This document shows, piece by piece, positions 1-11,339 of a stretch of 64,000 nucleotides of DNA. The notes below the pieces were generated by a model. It had not been told where the DNA came from. It ran no database searches and saw only the letters and a list, made by a program, of their open reading frames with translations. A program made the position numbers and the translations under genes. Origin of the DNA: Paraphysomonas bandaiensis (taxonomy: Eukaryota > Protista > Chrysophyceae); NCBI GenBank assembly GCA_965644295.1, contig CBFFRP010000149.1:195671-259670 (forward strand), in the 5' to 3' direction. Numbering within the stretch: position 1 is the first letter of the stretch; each line of letters begins with the position of its first letter.

Positions 1-1035
1 ATACTATGTACACCTATGTATACCTTGTTGAAGTATTAATACTGATCCACTATTACGATATATACCTATACTAGACACAAGAAACACTCATACTACATGC
101 ATGCTTGAGCTACATGTACATATTGCTTACTTAGCCACTGTATTACTTAGTATTACTCCTGTGACAGTTACTCAGTTTTTCTAGTTATTCAACATAGTTG
201 GTAGTCACAAGTAACAAGTAGTAAAAGACTTACTATTTCCTATTTCCATAAACACAATTATATCGAGCAATATTTCATTGAACTTAAAAGCTGTAAAAGT
301 ATCAGTTTTCAGTATAAATATCAATTTACTTCATCCTCTTCCTGAATTCATAGACCAAGTATGGACAATCTCTACTGATGTAGCTATGTATTAATTCAGG
401 TATGGTGATATACGACCTCAGCTTATCTTATACTAGCAGACTCGATTGCAGTAGATAGTACTATCTACAAGCTCACTGTACAAGTCAAGTCAAGGTGGTA
501 AGTGGTCAACACATATTTCTTATCAGAGTCCACATACTCGTATATAATTCAGATATATTACTATAATATGTTATATATTATATACAGTTACACGCTATGA
601 TAATATATCAATGAGGAATATAAATAGTAAAGCAGATCGAAGCGCTGCATTAGAAAAAATCATGAAGCGTGTAAGTCACCCGAACCTCTTTATGGCTCAG
701 GTGAGAGAGGTTTTGTGACATCTTCATTACTTCTTCTATTGGTCAGTGTAATCCAAGCATAGGTTTCTATGGCATAGAGATGTTCGAGGGATGTAAACGA
801 TCTGACACATCACCTCGAAGAGTTTATACTGTATCAGTTTGGTTGAGAAGAATGCTATACTAGGCCTCTACAGGGCATTTCATATAGGTCAATATATTGC
901 TAATATTACAAGAGAGTATGTGGATATTATACACACAATGAACCTTCCATGACAACAAAGAAAAATCCAATGCATTATTTCCGCCAATCATATCTTCTCT
1001 CGTTTTCGCTTAGCTCGTTTTTTCACGACACTGTC

Positions 1036-1358
1036 ATGTATGTATGTATGTATGTATGTATGTATGTATGTATGTATGTATGTATGTATGTATGTATGTA
1101 TGTATGTATGTATGTATGTATGTATGTATGTATGTATGTATGTATGTATGTATGTATGTATGTATGTATGTATGTATGTATGTATGTATGTATGTATGTA
1201 TGTATGTATGTATGTATGTATGTATGTATGTATGTATGTATGTATGTATGTATGTATGTATGTATGTATGTATGTATGTATGTATGTATGTATGTATGTA
1301 TGTATGTATGTATGTATGTATGTATGTATGTATGTATGTATGTATGTATGTATGTATG

Positions 1359-1388
<30 letters not shown>
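1036..1388. repeat. (TATG)n microsatellite, about 88 units
   Basis: Pure tandem TATG; it generates the spurious MYVC/HTYI ORFs. Confidence 0.99.
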
Positions 1389-1389
<1 letters not shown>

Positions 1390-1559
1390 CAAGTGTTTCA
1401 CGTCGAATGCAGAATCATCTATTAGGAACACTTCATCTATTAGTGCTGGTGAACCCTCACATCGCTACATCTCCTCGGAGTGTACTAATAATATGATGAT
1501 ATTTATGTAATACATCTTTCTATTATTATATGAATAATTCACCATTCCTATAATTCTAT

Positions 1560-3276
1560 ATGGGGAATTCCAGTAGTCGTCGTTCAAAGGGACCGGAAAC
1601 AACCGACCCAACGACACCCACCGGGTACATATATATATATATGTATATATAATCTGATATGTATATATATAGACTGTATGAGTCTTGTGCATGGGATCAA
1701 AGGATTGTTACACGTATGATAGCAGAGAAAAAGATTGCTCCTAGATATAAAGGCTCAGGAGTGGAGTCACCGGACACAGAGGAGTGTCCTATATGTTTCT
1801 TGGTAATAAGATAGTGATATATATCTCATTAGCTCATATAATATGTATATATATAGAATTATAAAGCTGTGAATAGCGCCTCATGTTGTAGGAATTATAT
1901 ATGTACAGGTTTGTGATCGAGATGTTTGTTGATGGTTTGTAATGGTACTGTTAGAATGCTACCTTCAGGTTAAAGTACCAAGAGGCATATCAACGTGTCC
2001 ATTCTGCAGTAGTTCTTCATTTGGTGTGACATATACCCCTAAAGCCTCCACTTCAACACCTGGTCCTGGAACCAAATCTTCATCTAGCACACCTCAGCGA
2101 CCAGCAGCTCAACCAAGCGCATCATCTACCCCTGTCAGCATACCACATGCATCTTCCCCTCCTATAACCCCTGCTCCTCCTTCATCTCCCGCCTCCAGCC
2201 CCCCCGTTATGTCTGCAGAGTCTCGACGTCTACTGGAGGAGGAAATGCGCAATCAACGGTGGGACAGGATATCTAGTGACTCTTACGTCACTCCTCGTTC
2301 AGACCGAACTGCATGGTCTGGAGGAAGACGTAGTGCATCTGGAAGGAGTCGCAATGGTGAAGAGAGCCGGAATAGTAGTGGTCGTTATGGTTCTCGCGGC
2401 CGTGGGCGGGCGGGGCAGCATACTTTAGAGAGTGTGCGATGGCCCGATGGAGTCACCGATGGTGGTAGCAATCTCCTGGATCTCGGTCAGATTGAAGAAA
2501 TGATGCTTATGGAGGTAAGCGACGTACAACATTATGCGTTTATTAGCTCTTCTGTATATCTTGTTTGTGAATATTGACATGCTACGCTTCAGGCTATTCG
2601 ATTATCTATGAGTGAGACCGAACGCTCTCCAACTCAGGAAGATAGCAAGATGTCATCGACTGATGATGTAGGCCTGGCGGATGGAGATATTGACCTCGAA
2701 CTTGCTGATGAAGAAACACTACTACAGTATGCACTTAGTCTATCCACAGCTGAGCAGGGCCCAGGGAATTCTACTACTAGTGAAGTGGACCTATCTGGCA
2801 GTACTGGCATTGACACTGAGGGCACACTCACTACTCAGAGCGTCGCACGCCTTGACCTCGATGTCTCAGTAGACCAGGCATCGCTGGTAATGCACGCGGC
2901 GGATTCAGTAGAGGAGGACTCAAAGGGCATACCCCTCTCCACCTCCGCTCAGCGGCTCATGAGCATGATTGATGAAGCTCTTAGCACACCTCCAGGGAGT
3001 GCCGGAAAGCCCCCCGCAGCCTCTTCTGCGTCATCTGTCGATGAGGACTCTTCTAGCAATCTAAAATCACCAGAACAACATAATGAAGGCGATAGCTACA
3101 AGGAAACGGCCGTCGATGAGGAAAATGACTCCTCTACTTTTCAGCTGAAACCATCTGCGGATGCTACATATTCCTCCAGTACGAATGGAAGTGGGCCGCA
3201 CAGCGACACTGATGGGAACCAGCATACTGGAGCTATAGTGAATACTCTGGACATGGATGACAACACCCATTCTTAG
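1560..3276 (+). CDS. GW2/DA2/SIP5-like RING E3 ubiquitin ligase with UIM-like motifs, 5 exons
   Basis: Manual splice: ATG1560 MGNSSSRR (myristoylation-like), then LYESCAWDQRIVTRMIAEKKIAPRYKG...EECPICFL|NYKAVNSASCCRNYICT|ECYLQVK...CPFC. QIEEMMLME|AIRLSM and EETLLQYALSLS are UIM-like. All introns GT-AG. Confidence 0.85.
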
Positions 3277-3968
3277 CGTTCAACTACAGACAGTTAACTT
3301 GTTGCATACTATGAATGCCCGTTGTAAGGCTTGCCGCAATCCGTTATTCCACTGCCGATCTATAATATCGGTGTTGTCTTGCTACTTTTCTATGCTTTCT
3401 TCTTTTTCTTCATATCAAAGTTTGACAAGACAGGCAAACCTCTGTTCTATACCTCTATGATTCTGCACCACTCTTCGTTGGTTGTGTACAGGGCGAGTCA
3501 TGCTCACTTTAATAATTATTTGTTTACCATATTGAAGAATTATGTGTTCCCTCCACCGCTTTACAGCCGTTAAGCAGTATGCTACCTGAATTTATATAGT
3601 GTTAATGTTTCAATGGAAGAACACGAGTACAAGAGTATAACTTCTATTATTTTTTCACCGATATCAAGTTGGAAAGCTCTTGACACACTCGTTACGCCTT
3701 ACGCAGGGAAGGTTGTATTAGAACCATCAACAGTACATATGCAATGTCTGAGAGACAACCTGTGTTGTGTGTATCATCTAATTGTAGGCTGCATACTACG
3801 TCGTACGTGGATAACATAATACTAGCATGCTCTGATATTAAAGTGTTGTAGTCGACTTGACATGCCAGAAATGTGTGAAACTGAATATATCTTAAATGTT
3901 GGAATCACTCTATAGAAGTGTTGTGAAATTATTAGATAAGTACACACACAAGTCCAGCAGCACTGTAT

Positions 3969-5389
3969 TTATTTTTCGCGAGTTTGATAAATAACATTCA
4001 TGGCATTGCGGTAACATGCCTCTACCACAGTATCTAGATCAATGCATTTTATTTCGGAAATTGCTTGAGCAATGATTAATATATGTCCAGGATGAGAGAA
4101 AGTCGCTTTCAGTGGATTGCAACTATCACCAGTGCTCAGCATGGGTGGGAAATAAGGGCTGTTCGATTCCAGGACTATTTTACAAAGAGGTATATCAAAG
4201 ACATACTCACGCAAGTACTTTTGCTTTGCGTGTGTTATGCGACAATCTATAGAAAAGTAACACTGAGGAAACATATCCATTATACTAACAACAGTGTCCC
4301 ACTCTAAACCACAGGGAGAGAGTTGTACAACCAGTGGACACCACAAATCCCCAACGCATGCAGAGGAAGTGGTTAAATTTCTCAACAAACCAAGAATATC
4401 TGAATCTATAGTTAAAGGTGGAGTTTCGACATCGTTTTCAGACTTCTCTGCAGATAAATAAATGAACTTCGCCGGGCCACAATCATGCACGCATAAACAA
4501 GGCACTGTTTCCACTTCATCATCAGGAATGAGTGCTGTCATCTCTACATCAGGTTCCTTAGATAATATGCTCCTTCTTGTGCATGCCTCGTTGCACATCA
4601 TAGCAGCCTCAAGTTGCAACCTTAAGCATGTCAGCTGGCTTTCACGAGAACTATTGGCAAGTACATGAGAAGTGTAGTTTAGCCCCATGGGACCCATGCC
4701 CACAACACTAGAGCGAGCATAATAATCCACTATAACATCCCGTAGAGGCCTTAAATCATCATCATGTATACCAGTAAGCAATTTGTGATGATTTATCCAT
4801 GCAGAAGTATGAATAGGAGGTATACCCACAGAGTATCCTATACTCTTATCCATAGACTGTATACTATCCGTTAACTTGAAGGTATAGTGATGCACATCAA
4901 GAGGACAACGTATCAATACACCATCCAATAGTTCATAAGGAAAATCATTTCCAAACTTCTCATTGGATACAAATTCATCACTTCCTTGGAAGTCATTGAT
5001 ATCACCTTCATAGTTCATATCTATGATATGATGACTTGTTACTGGATATGATACACGTAATAAAGACTGATGATCTTTCTTTTTTTTTGTAGGCTTTTTT
5101 TGTCCTCTATAAAATACATATATATGAATATATCTTAATATACATACATATATATGTATATATACCTTTCACGTTGTTTAGATTTCGGCCGTACGGGATC
5201 TACCGGATCATGAGATTGATTGTCAATTATATTACTATTAATATCATTATATGGACAATCTTTACGTAAATGTCCCCCTTTTCCACATAAAAAACATTTC
5301 ATTTTTTTAATTTTTGATGTATTGGGACATTTTCCACTTAAATGACCTTCTTGACCACATTTATGACAATTACGATCTTTATGACCCAT
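3969..5389 (-). CDS. TatD-like protein with two N-terminal CCHC zinc knuckles and a degenerate active site
   Basis: Exon 1 has CHKCGQEGHLSGKC and CFLCGKGGHLRKDC. A GT-AG intron at ~5107-5165 joins it in frame to ORF 3969-5018. TatD-like motifs: VVGMGPMGLNY, QLTCLRLQLEAA, PLVVQ, YFSIDCRIT, IPLCKIVLESNSPY, HPGHILIIAQAISEIK. Confidence 0.8.
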
Positions 5390-5726
5390 AAATTGGCTTA
5401 TTTAGGTATTAATATGCACTATAAGGGATTAAAGTTAGGTGTTTTTAGTATCACGTAGTTTGGATTTATATATACGGGTGATGTATGTGTATTGTGTTGA
5501 TCTTAAGCTACGTTAATATCTATATGTACAGCTTCATAGAGGCAGAAGTAAGAAGGAAGCACACTTGCTTGTTCTCACTCACTCACACTTCACACATACA
5601 TCAGTAGCAGCAGTATACAGAGTATATGTACAATACCATGTACTGCTCTATTCATGGTGTCGTAGTACGATAATACAATACAACAGTACCTTTACGTTAC
5701 GACCACTCATACAAACATATCTCCTC

Positions 5727-5860
5727 ATATCGGCATCCTTCGTATATTTTTGTTCTTATATGCCTCTATTATTGAGACAACAATTGTCTGTATTACAGCC
5801 GTAGTTGTATATCAGTAATATAGACGATATTTGCCTCAATTAATTTCCGAAAATATACGC
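5727..5860 (-). repeat. ~145-bp dispersed MITE-like element, copy A
   Basis: Reverse complement of the copies at 9153, 22384 and 45987; shared core acaactacggctg.aatacaga.aattgttg.ctcaat. Confidence 0.85.
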
Positions 5861-6069
5861 CTATATATACATACTGCTCTATGCATGCTAATTACGGTTA
5901 TAAGGGTTTCCATACAAGTCAACAACAGTAACTCCTGTCATTATCTTAAATCCTCTTACAGTAGGAAACTACGAGTATTGTAATACTCAACCTATCGATA
6001 TGATGACATAATACATATATACTTTACGTACAAGAACACGAAACATTATACATATACATATATATAGTT

Positions 6070-6917
6070 ATGTCATCGAATTCAAAACAGCAGAGACAAT
6101 GGGAAATTGTGGATATAAGTTTAAAAAAAACACAATTACGTGAAGAAGATGTTTTATACTGTGAAGGAAGTATGAAGCCTTATTGGCGTGGAAAAATTCA
6201 TTTATTTGCATTCTTACTGTTTCCGTTTGCATTTGCTATACTTATAAACGAGGCGGAATCACTAACTGAGAGAATTGGTCTCCTTGTATTCACTCTTGGT
6301 CACATGTTATCTTATGGGATTAGTTACGTATTTCATTGTTTTGAATGGAGTGCACGGATTGAGGTAATTTAGTCTCTTTCACAATATGTATTTTGATTTA
6401 CTTTCAGATATTCCTCCAAAAATGTGATCATGCTGCTATATTTATTGCGACCGCCTCATCAATTACACAGTACATTCTTTTTGGGGTCAAAACGAACGTG
6501 CATCTAATGCTCGCAGCGGCATGGGTGCTGTGCATAATGGGAACCACTCTTGTATATCTACGGAAAAAGGAAACATATCATCATGCGGTGTCTGCCATGG
6601 TTATATTTTGGGCAATTCCCGACATGCTGCAGGTGATGACAACATACCAGTTCCAATTATTCCTCGCAACTTGGGCCCAGATTGGGATAGGAATGGTCGT
6701 TTATGGTTCTCGCTGGCCTAAACTATGGCCGGAGTACTTCGGATACCACGGTAAGAATCTATGCAAAGTATTTGAAAAGCAACTGATCATAACTCTAGAG
6801 GTTATGCACGTACTGACGACGTCAGCTGCAATCACGTCAATAATTCTCCAGCACAGTCTGCTGAGCACTTTCGACAATTCTTTTTGCATATTCAGTGGCA
6901 ATAAAAATGATGTGTAG
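6070..6917 (+). CDS. Hemolysin III / PAQR family membrane protein, 3 exons
   Basis: KPYWRGKIH, SYVFH, KCDHAAIF and FGYH|EVMHVLT carry the family His/Asp motifs; several TM segments; introns at ~6364-6407 and ~6751-6798. Confidence 0.88.
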
Positions 6918-7399
6918 TGTGGAGCAGCTTGAATGAGTTGCGTTTAACTTTTGTACAGTGACTTGTGTGCGAATATAGCACAGCTGTTATTATTATATTA
7001 CATTTTTTTGCTTCCTGGCTTACGGTCTCATGATATTGCTGCAAAGTGATGTGCAACATATATATTTTGGCTTTTTATCTCAAGCGTTTACGAGATATTA
7101 GCTTCCAATTGAGCTGTATGAGATGTATGGTTGTAATAACATATACAAAAATCAACTGGTAATTAGCATACAATTGGATTAACTCCTGTTGAGCGCAGCT
7201 AGACTTATTATCTCAGTGCTGCGCAAAAGTATGCATTCTTTGACACTTCACATTATTATGATGTTTTTTCTGAAAGCTAATTGAAAGATGCATTAACTAA
7301 TATTTAATCTGGTAACTTTAGGACCAGTGAATTCGTTATGATTAAATAACAATAGTATTGCAATATAATATATTTTTCCTAGCCCTGATTAATAGTGTA

Positions 7400-7660
7400 C
7401 AGTGTACAACAGGTGAAATCTACCCATAGATGCAACGGGTGTATATAGTATATAGTTACAAAGGAAGTAAATTCAGTTACTGATGTGTGGCTATAAAAGA
7501 TATAGGAGTGGCTGGTGAACAGATGTTGCCGAGAACAGATGTTCACATGAATATGTTACGCAGTGTCCAGATTAATTAAGTAAGTACATTGTGCTCAACA
7601 AAGTAAGGTTAAGCTTTACGTGTAGAGCACAGTTAACTTCAGTGAATTGTCCAATTCTAA
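7400..7660. repeat. Unclassified dispersed repeat, copy 1 of 2
   Basis: Colinear with 61655-61910: gttacaaagga..taaattcagttactgatgtgtg.ctata...gatatagga...tttacgtgtagagca.agttaacttcagtgaa. Confidence 0.8.
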
Positions 7661-7903
7661 CATTAAACATAATTATCAGATGTTGAATTTCCATGCTACC
7701 CCAAAGTGTACAGAGGTTAGCAATTGTTACTGCTATTATTGTGTGTGTGAGAAAGGGTTAATAATATTAATTGGATATATTACAGTTGTAAAGTAGATCA
7801 ATATCACTAAGTTCAATTTCATGAGTAAATATTGCTCCCAGTGAACATTTACAGAAGCTGCAGATCGATTCTCAAGCATTATAGAACTAGTTAATTAAGA
7901 ACG

Positions 7904-9052
7904 CTAGGGCAATGTATCTTCATCAGAGGAACCTGATGAGAATTGATCACCTCTTCGAGTTCGTGTTTTTCCTTCACCACAACTTGTCCCGAGTTCGCCT
8001 GCAGTAGGAAGATTGGATATCTCCTGAATAGCCCCCAATATGGATTCCCGCAGAAAATTAGCCAAGGGAAGTAAATTTTTATCTCTGTCAGCAACATGGA
8101 GGCAATCAAAATAATTAGCTTTGTTGGCTTGGTTGACAGTGACGGGTGGTAACCCTAGTTTACACAAGGGCAAAGATGATATGATACGTGCAACTCGTCC
8201 ATTGCCATCTGCAAAAGGATGAATGCGCAAGAATGCCCACTGCAACCAGGCGACTTTGATAAACACACCAATCCCATCGCTATCCAGCACACGTCGAGCA
8301 AGGTTACAGTATCTGAGCATTTCCGGGCCAATTTCAGAATGGTGGCAGAATTGTGTCACCTCTGTGTCGGTCTTGTGTTTGGCGACACAAGCCACCCGTC
8401 GATATTGACCAGTGGGTATCAACATGAACATTGTGTACACGTCACCCCTGTGGTCTTCACACTGTTCTTCCACAAAGTTATCGTCTTGGAGCAGGGTGGA
8501 GTGAATTCTTTTGATAAATTCCTCAGTAAACGTATTGTAATCATCCAGGCACTGTGAGAGCAACACCAAACCATCCTGAGTGTTTTTTAGAATTCGAATG
8601 ATTGTTTTCTTTTTCTTCTGTTTGCTGAGTACTGATATTCCATCGATGGAATTGACATAAAATCCTCGACGAATAAGACGTGGCCATGATTGTCCCTCCA
8701 AAGAAAACACGTCTTCCAATATATTGGACGACACGCATGCATAGCGCTGGAATTGGAGTAATACATCCACCTCCCTTTCCTTCATTCCATCCCACTCACT
8801 TTGAAGAATTTGAAAAGATGAGATTTCTTCTGATATTACAGGGTATTCAAAAGGGGTTGAGAAGCACTGAAGAGGGCCTGCGCCAGATTGACAGTGAAAC
8901 TCATCATCATCAATGGTGTCACGTTCCACCAACTTTGACACAACGCCAATTAGATGGCTCAGAGCATCATTGTCTGATAAAATGTTGTTGAGCTCGCGCA
9001 GTACATCCAGACAGCCACGAAGATCCAATAGTAAAAAATGAAGTTGAATCAC
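7904..9052 (-). CDS. Fic/Doc family (AMPylase-type) protein; 5' end uncertain
   Basis: Canonical HPFADGNGRVAR motif, IKRIHSTLL, PTGQYR and an SNILED inhibitory-helix-like motif. The ORF opens on GTG; the first in-frame ATG is about 90 codons in. Confidence 0.85.
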   Translation of the reverse strand: MIQLHFLLLDLRGCLDVLRELNNILSDNDALSHLIGVVSKLVERDTIDDDEFHCQSGAGPLQCFSTPFEYPVISEEISSFQILQSEWDGMKEREVDVLLQFQRYACVSSNILEDVFSLEGQSWPRLIRRGFYVNSIDGISVLSKQKKKKTIIRILKNTQDGLVLLSQCLDDYNTFTEEFIKRIHSTLLQDDNFVEEQCEDHRGDVYTMFMLIPTGQYRRVACVAKHKTDTEVTQFCHHSEIGPEMLRYCNLARRVLDSDGIGVFIKVAWLQWAFLRIHPFADGNGRVARIISSLPLCKLGLPPVTVNQANKANYFDCLHVADRDKNLLPLANFLRESILGAIQEISNLPTAGELGTSCGEGKTRTRRGDQFSSGSSDEDTLP

Positions 9053-9152
9053 TCATCTCATAGCTCTCACTCCCAACTATTCATCTCCCCATGAATTCCT
9101 ATCGATGTGTTGATGCATAATTCCCATAATTATGCATGTGTTGAGCTCGTAT

Positions 9153-9486
9153 CGGCAGTCAGGATCTTATTTTCGAAAATAAATTGAATCAAAAATTCTC
9201 TATTTAACTGAAGTACAACTACGGCTGGAATACAGATAATTGTTGTATCAATATAGGAGGCATTTTTGAACAAAAATATACAAAGGATGCAGATACGTTC
9301 CTGCCTCCGATGACATACAGCAGTACCATGCAATGGAGATACATACACGTATCGGCATTCTTTGTATATTTTTGTTCAAAGATGCCTAAATATTGAGACA
9401 ACAATTATCTGTATTAAAACCGTAGTTGCATTGCAGTAATATCGAGGATTATGACTTCAATATATTTCCGAAAAATTTAGATGCTA
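9153..9486. mobile_element. Inverted pair of the ~145-bp element (copy B 9153-9296 +, copy C 9349-9486 -)
   Basis: Two copies in opposite orientation about 52 bp apart, forming a ~335-bp foldback. Confidence 0.8.
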
Positions 9487-9699
9487 CAGTATGTATCTAT
9501 CTATATATAAACGTATCCAGCATGCATATCCAGTACAGTATGTATAAGTATGGTAAGAGTTTCCACAACTGTACTAGATTTCAATCTGAGGCTCTTGTAG
9601 AGAATTATAATTACGGCTAAAACTCTATGATTGTTGTTGAACAGAAGACTGAACACTCTCAGTACACGTATGGCATACTGTGACCCTATACATGTAAAC

Positions 9700-10400
9700 A
9701 TCACATTACTAATCAGAAATTTTCTCACTAATCATTGCTCGGCTCAGTGAGACTGAGAAGGACTCTCCTCTGATAGAATTATAGTCGACTTAAGGGGGTG
9801 ATTATGAATGATCGCGTTCCTTACATGGAACCGATAGCTCAGGCTAATTCTGGGAAGCGGATGGATGAAATCTTGAGGCTCTTCAGGAAGCGGTTATTCT
9901 ATGAAACTATGAGAGCTAAGCAGAATGCCGTAGACTAGTTGAGCACAATGGGGTGGAGGCTTACGATGAGCACAATGAACATGACTTGGATGCGGCTGTA
10001 TGTGAGCACAATGAGGTGGAAGCGGGCGACAGTATGCACAAAGAGGATAGAACATTTGACCACACAAGAATAGTTTACTTGAAAAGATTGCGATGTCGAA
10101 TGATTGTTATCCGCCCCTGTACTTACCATTTCTGGTTTTTGGACCACCTGCTTTCCCGGAAGATTGTGCAATATCAGAGTCGATTAGAGCTGAGGCCAAA
10201 AATAGGACCAGAAATGCGGTTTTGGAGGCTCTCGATTAAGACAGACAGGCTTTATGATTGTCACTGAGAACCACAGCAAGATGGATGAATACTTTGCTGC
10301 AGTGGAAAATCGGAAATATCGTAAAGTAGAATTGAAGACCGAATACAACTTGCTTTGGACATGGGGAAACTGAAGATGTGATACTGCAGTTACGACTCCA
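9700..10400 (+). pseudogene. Possible highly degenerate hAT-like transposase remnant
   Basis: Short stretches (for example gtgattatgaatgat = VIMND) resemble WVIMDDLP of the hAT remnant at 46400; many stops. Confidence 0.3.
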
Positions 10401-10801
10401 ACTGAAGGCATTCATGAATTCAAATCTTATTCCTGTTGTACCACAGCTAACTTACGTGTCTATAGAAGCACCTGCTAAGCGCAAACGGACTAATGAACAA
10501 TTGTCATCACCTTTGTAAAGGAGGTTTGCTGTTGTTGTGTAGTAATAATTCATTGTTTCTGCATTATTATTATTATTATTACGTATTTCTACTGCAACCA
10601 ACCTTCTTCTTTTTTCTGCAATGCTGCTTTAAAGTGCTTAAAGCATAGAACTCTTCTTGCTGTTCACATACAACATCAACAATTGCTTTATTTAGCTCTT
10701 TCTCTTTACTCAACAATAGAAGGGTGAGTTGTGGACCTCTGAATTCACACCAATCACTGTTTGGACTTTCTTCGTTACAATAAATGTTGTTCCATCGTTT
10801 G

Positions 10802-11290
10802 TGCCCCATTCCGAGGGCGTGGCCATAGTGTAGGCTGGATGGTGCCCCACCTAAAACACCGAGTTAAAGCACTGATTCTACTACCCACCCACCCGTGTAC
10901 CAACTTATATGATGGTCATCCACATAGATCACGCGCAGATTCTGTTGTCCCCCCACCTGTGTTAATGTTTGCTGAGATTACGCGGGATTTCTCATAACTA
11001 TGCATAACTATACATGTAATTCGCGCAGATTCTAGTACGACCATGTGTACCTTCCCATTATTACCTAACAAAAATTACGCGGGGATTCTTGTGACTATGC
11101 ATGACTCAGTATAGGTCTAGTGTGACATTGGCCGCCCTAGAATGCGCGGGGTTTCTCGTAATCTCATATAGCTAGAGCTTTCTTGATGCCAACACACGAA
11201 TAATACGCTGAGATTTTTATTAATAATCTATACGTTACTTAGCTTAGTCAACACTAGCACTTCACTAGGGTACGCTCTCAGAATGGGGCA
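10802..11290 (+). mobile_element. LTR of family 1, no TSD
   Basis: Begins tgccccattccgag and ends ctcagaatggggca (14-bp inverted termini with 1 mismatch, TG...CA). Colinear with 62100-62512. The flanks gtttg and gaaag do not match. Confidence 0.8.
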
Positions 11291-11339
11291 GAAAGCATCA
11301 TGGTAGGAAGCCGGATAAAAAGCTTCTTACAGTAGAGAA

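Noticed and set aside
1-900. Possible small-exon gene on the minus strand (gtaag-type donors)
   Set aside because: I could not assemble a coherent frame or recognise a domain.
1036-1388. TATG arrays as CRISPR arrays or telomeric repeats
   Set aside because: No spacers and no cas genes; the arrays are internal, occur in both orientations and are not G-rich telomere-like units.
949-1510. MYVC/HTYI repeat ORFs here and at 28.2-28.7, 39.3-39.7, 41.8-42.7, 58.6-59.2 and 62.5-63.0 kb
   Set aside because: These are translations of stop-free (TATG)n in all frames, not proteins.
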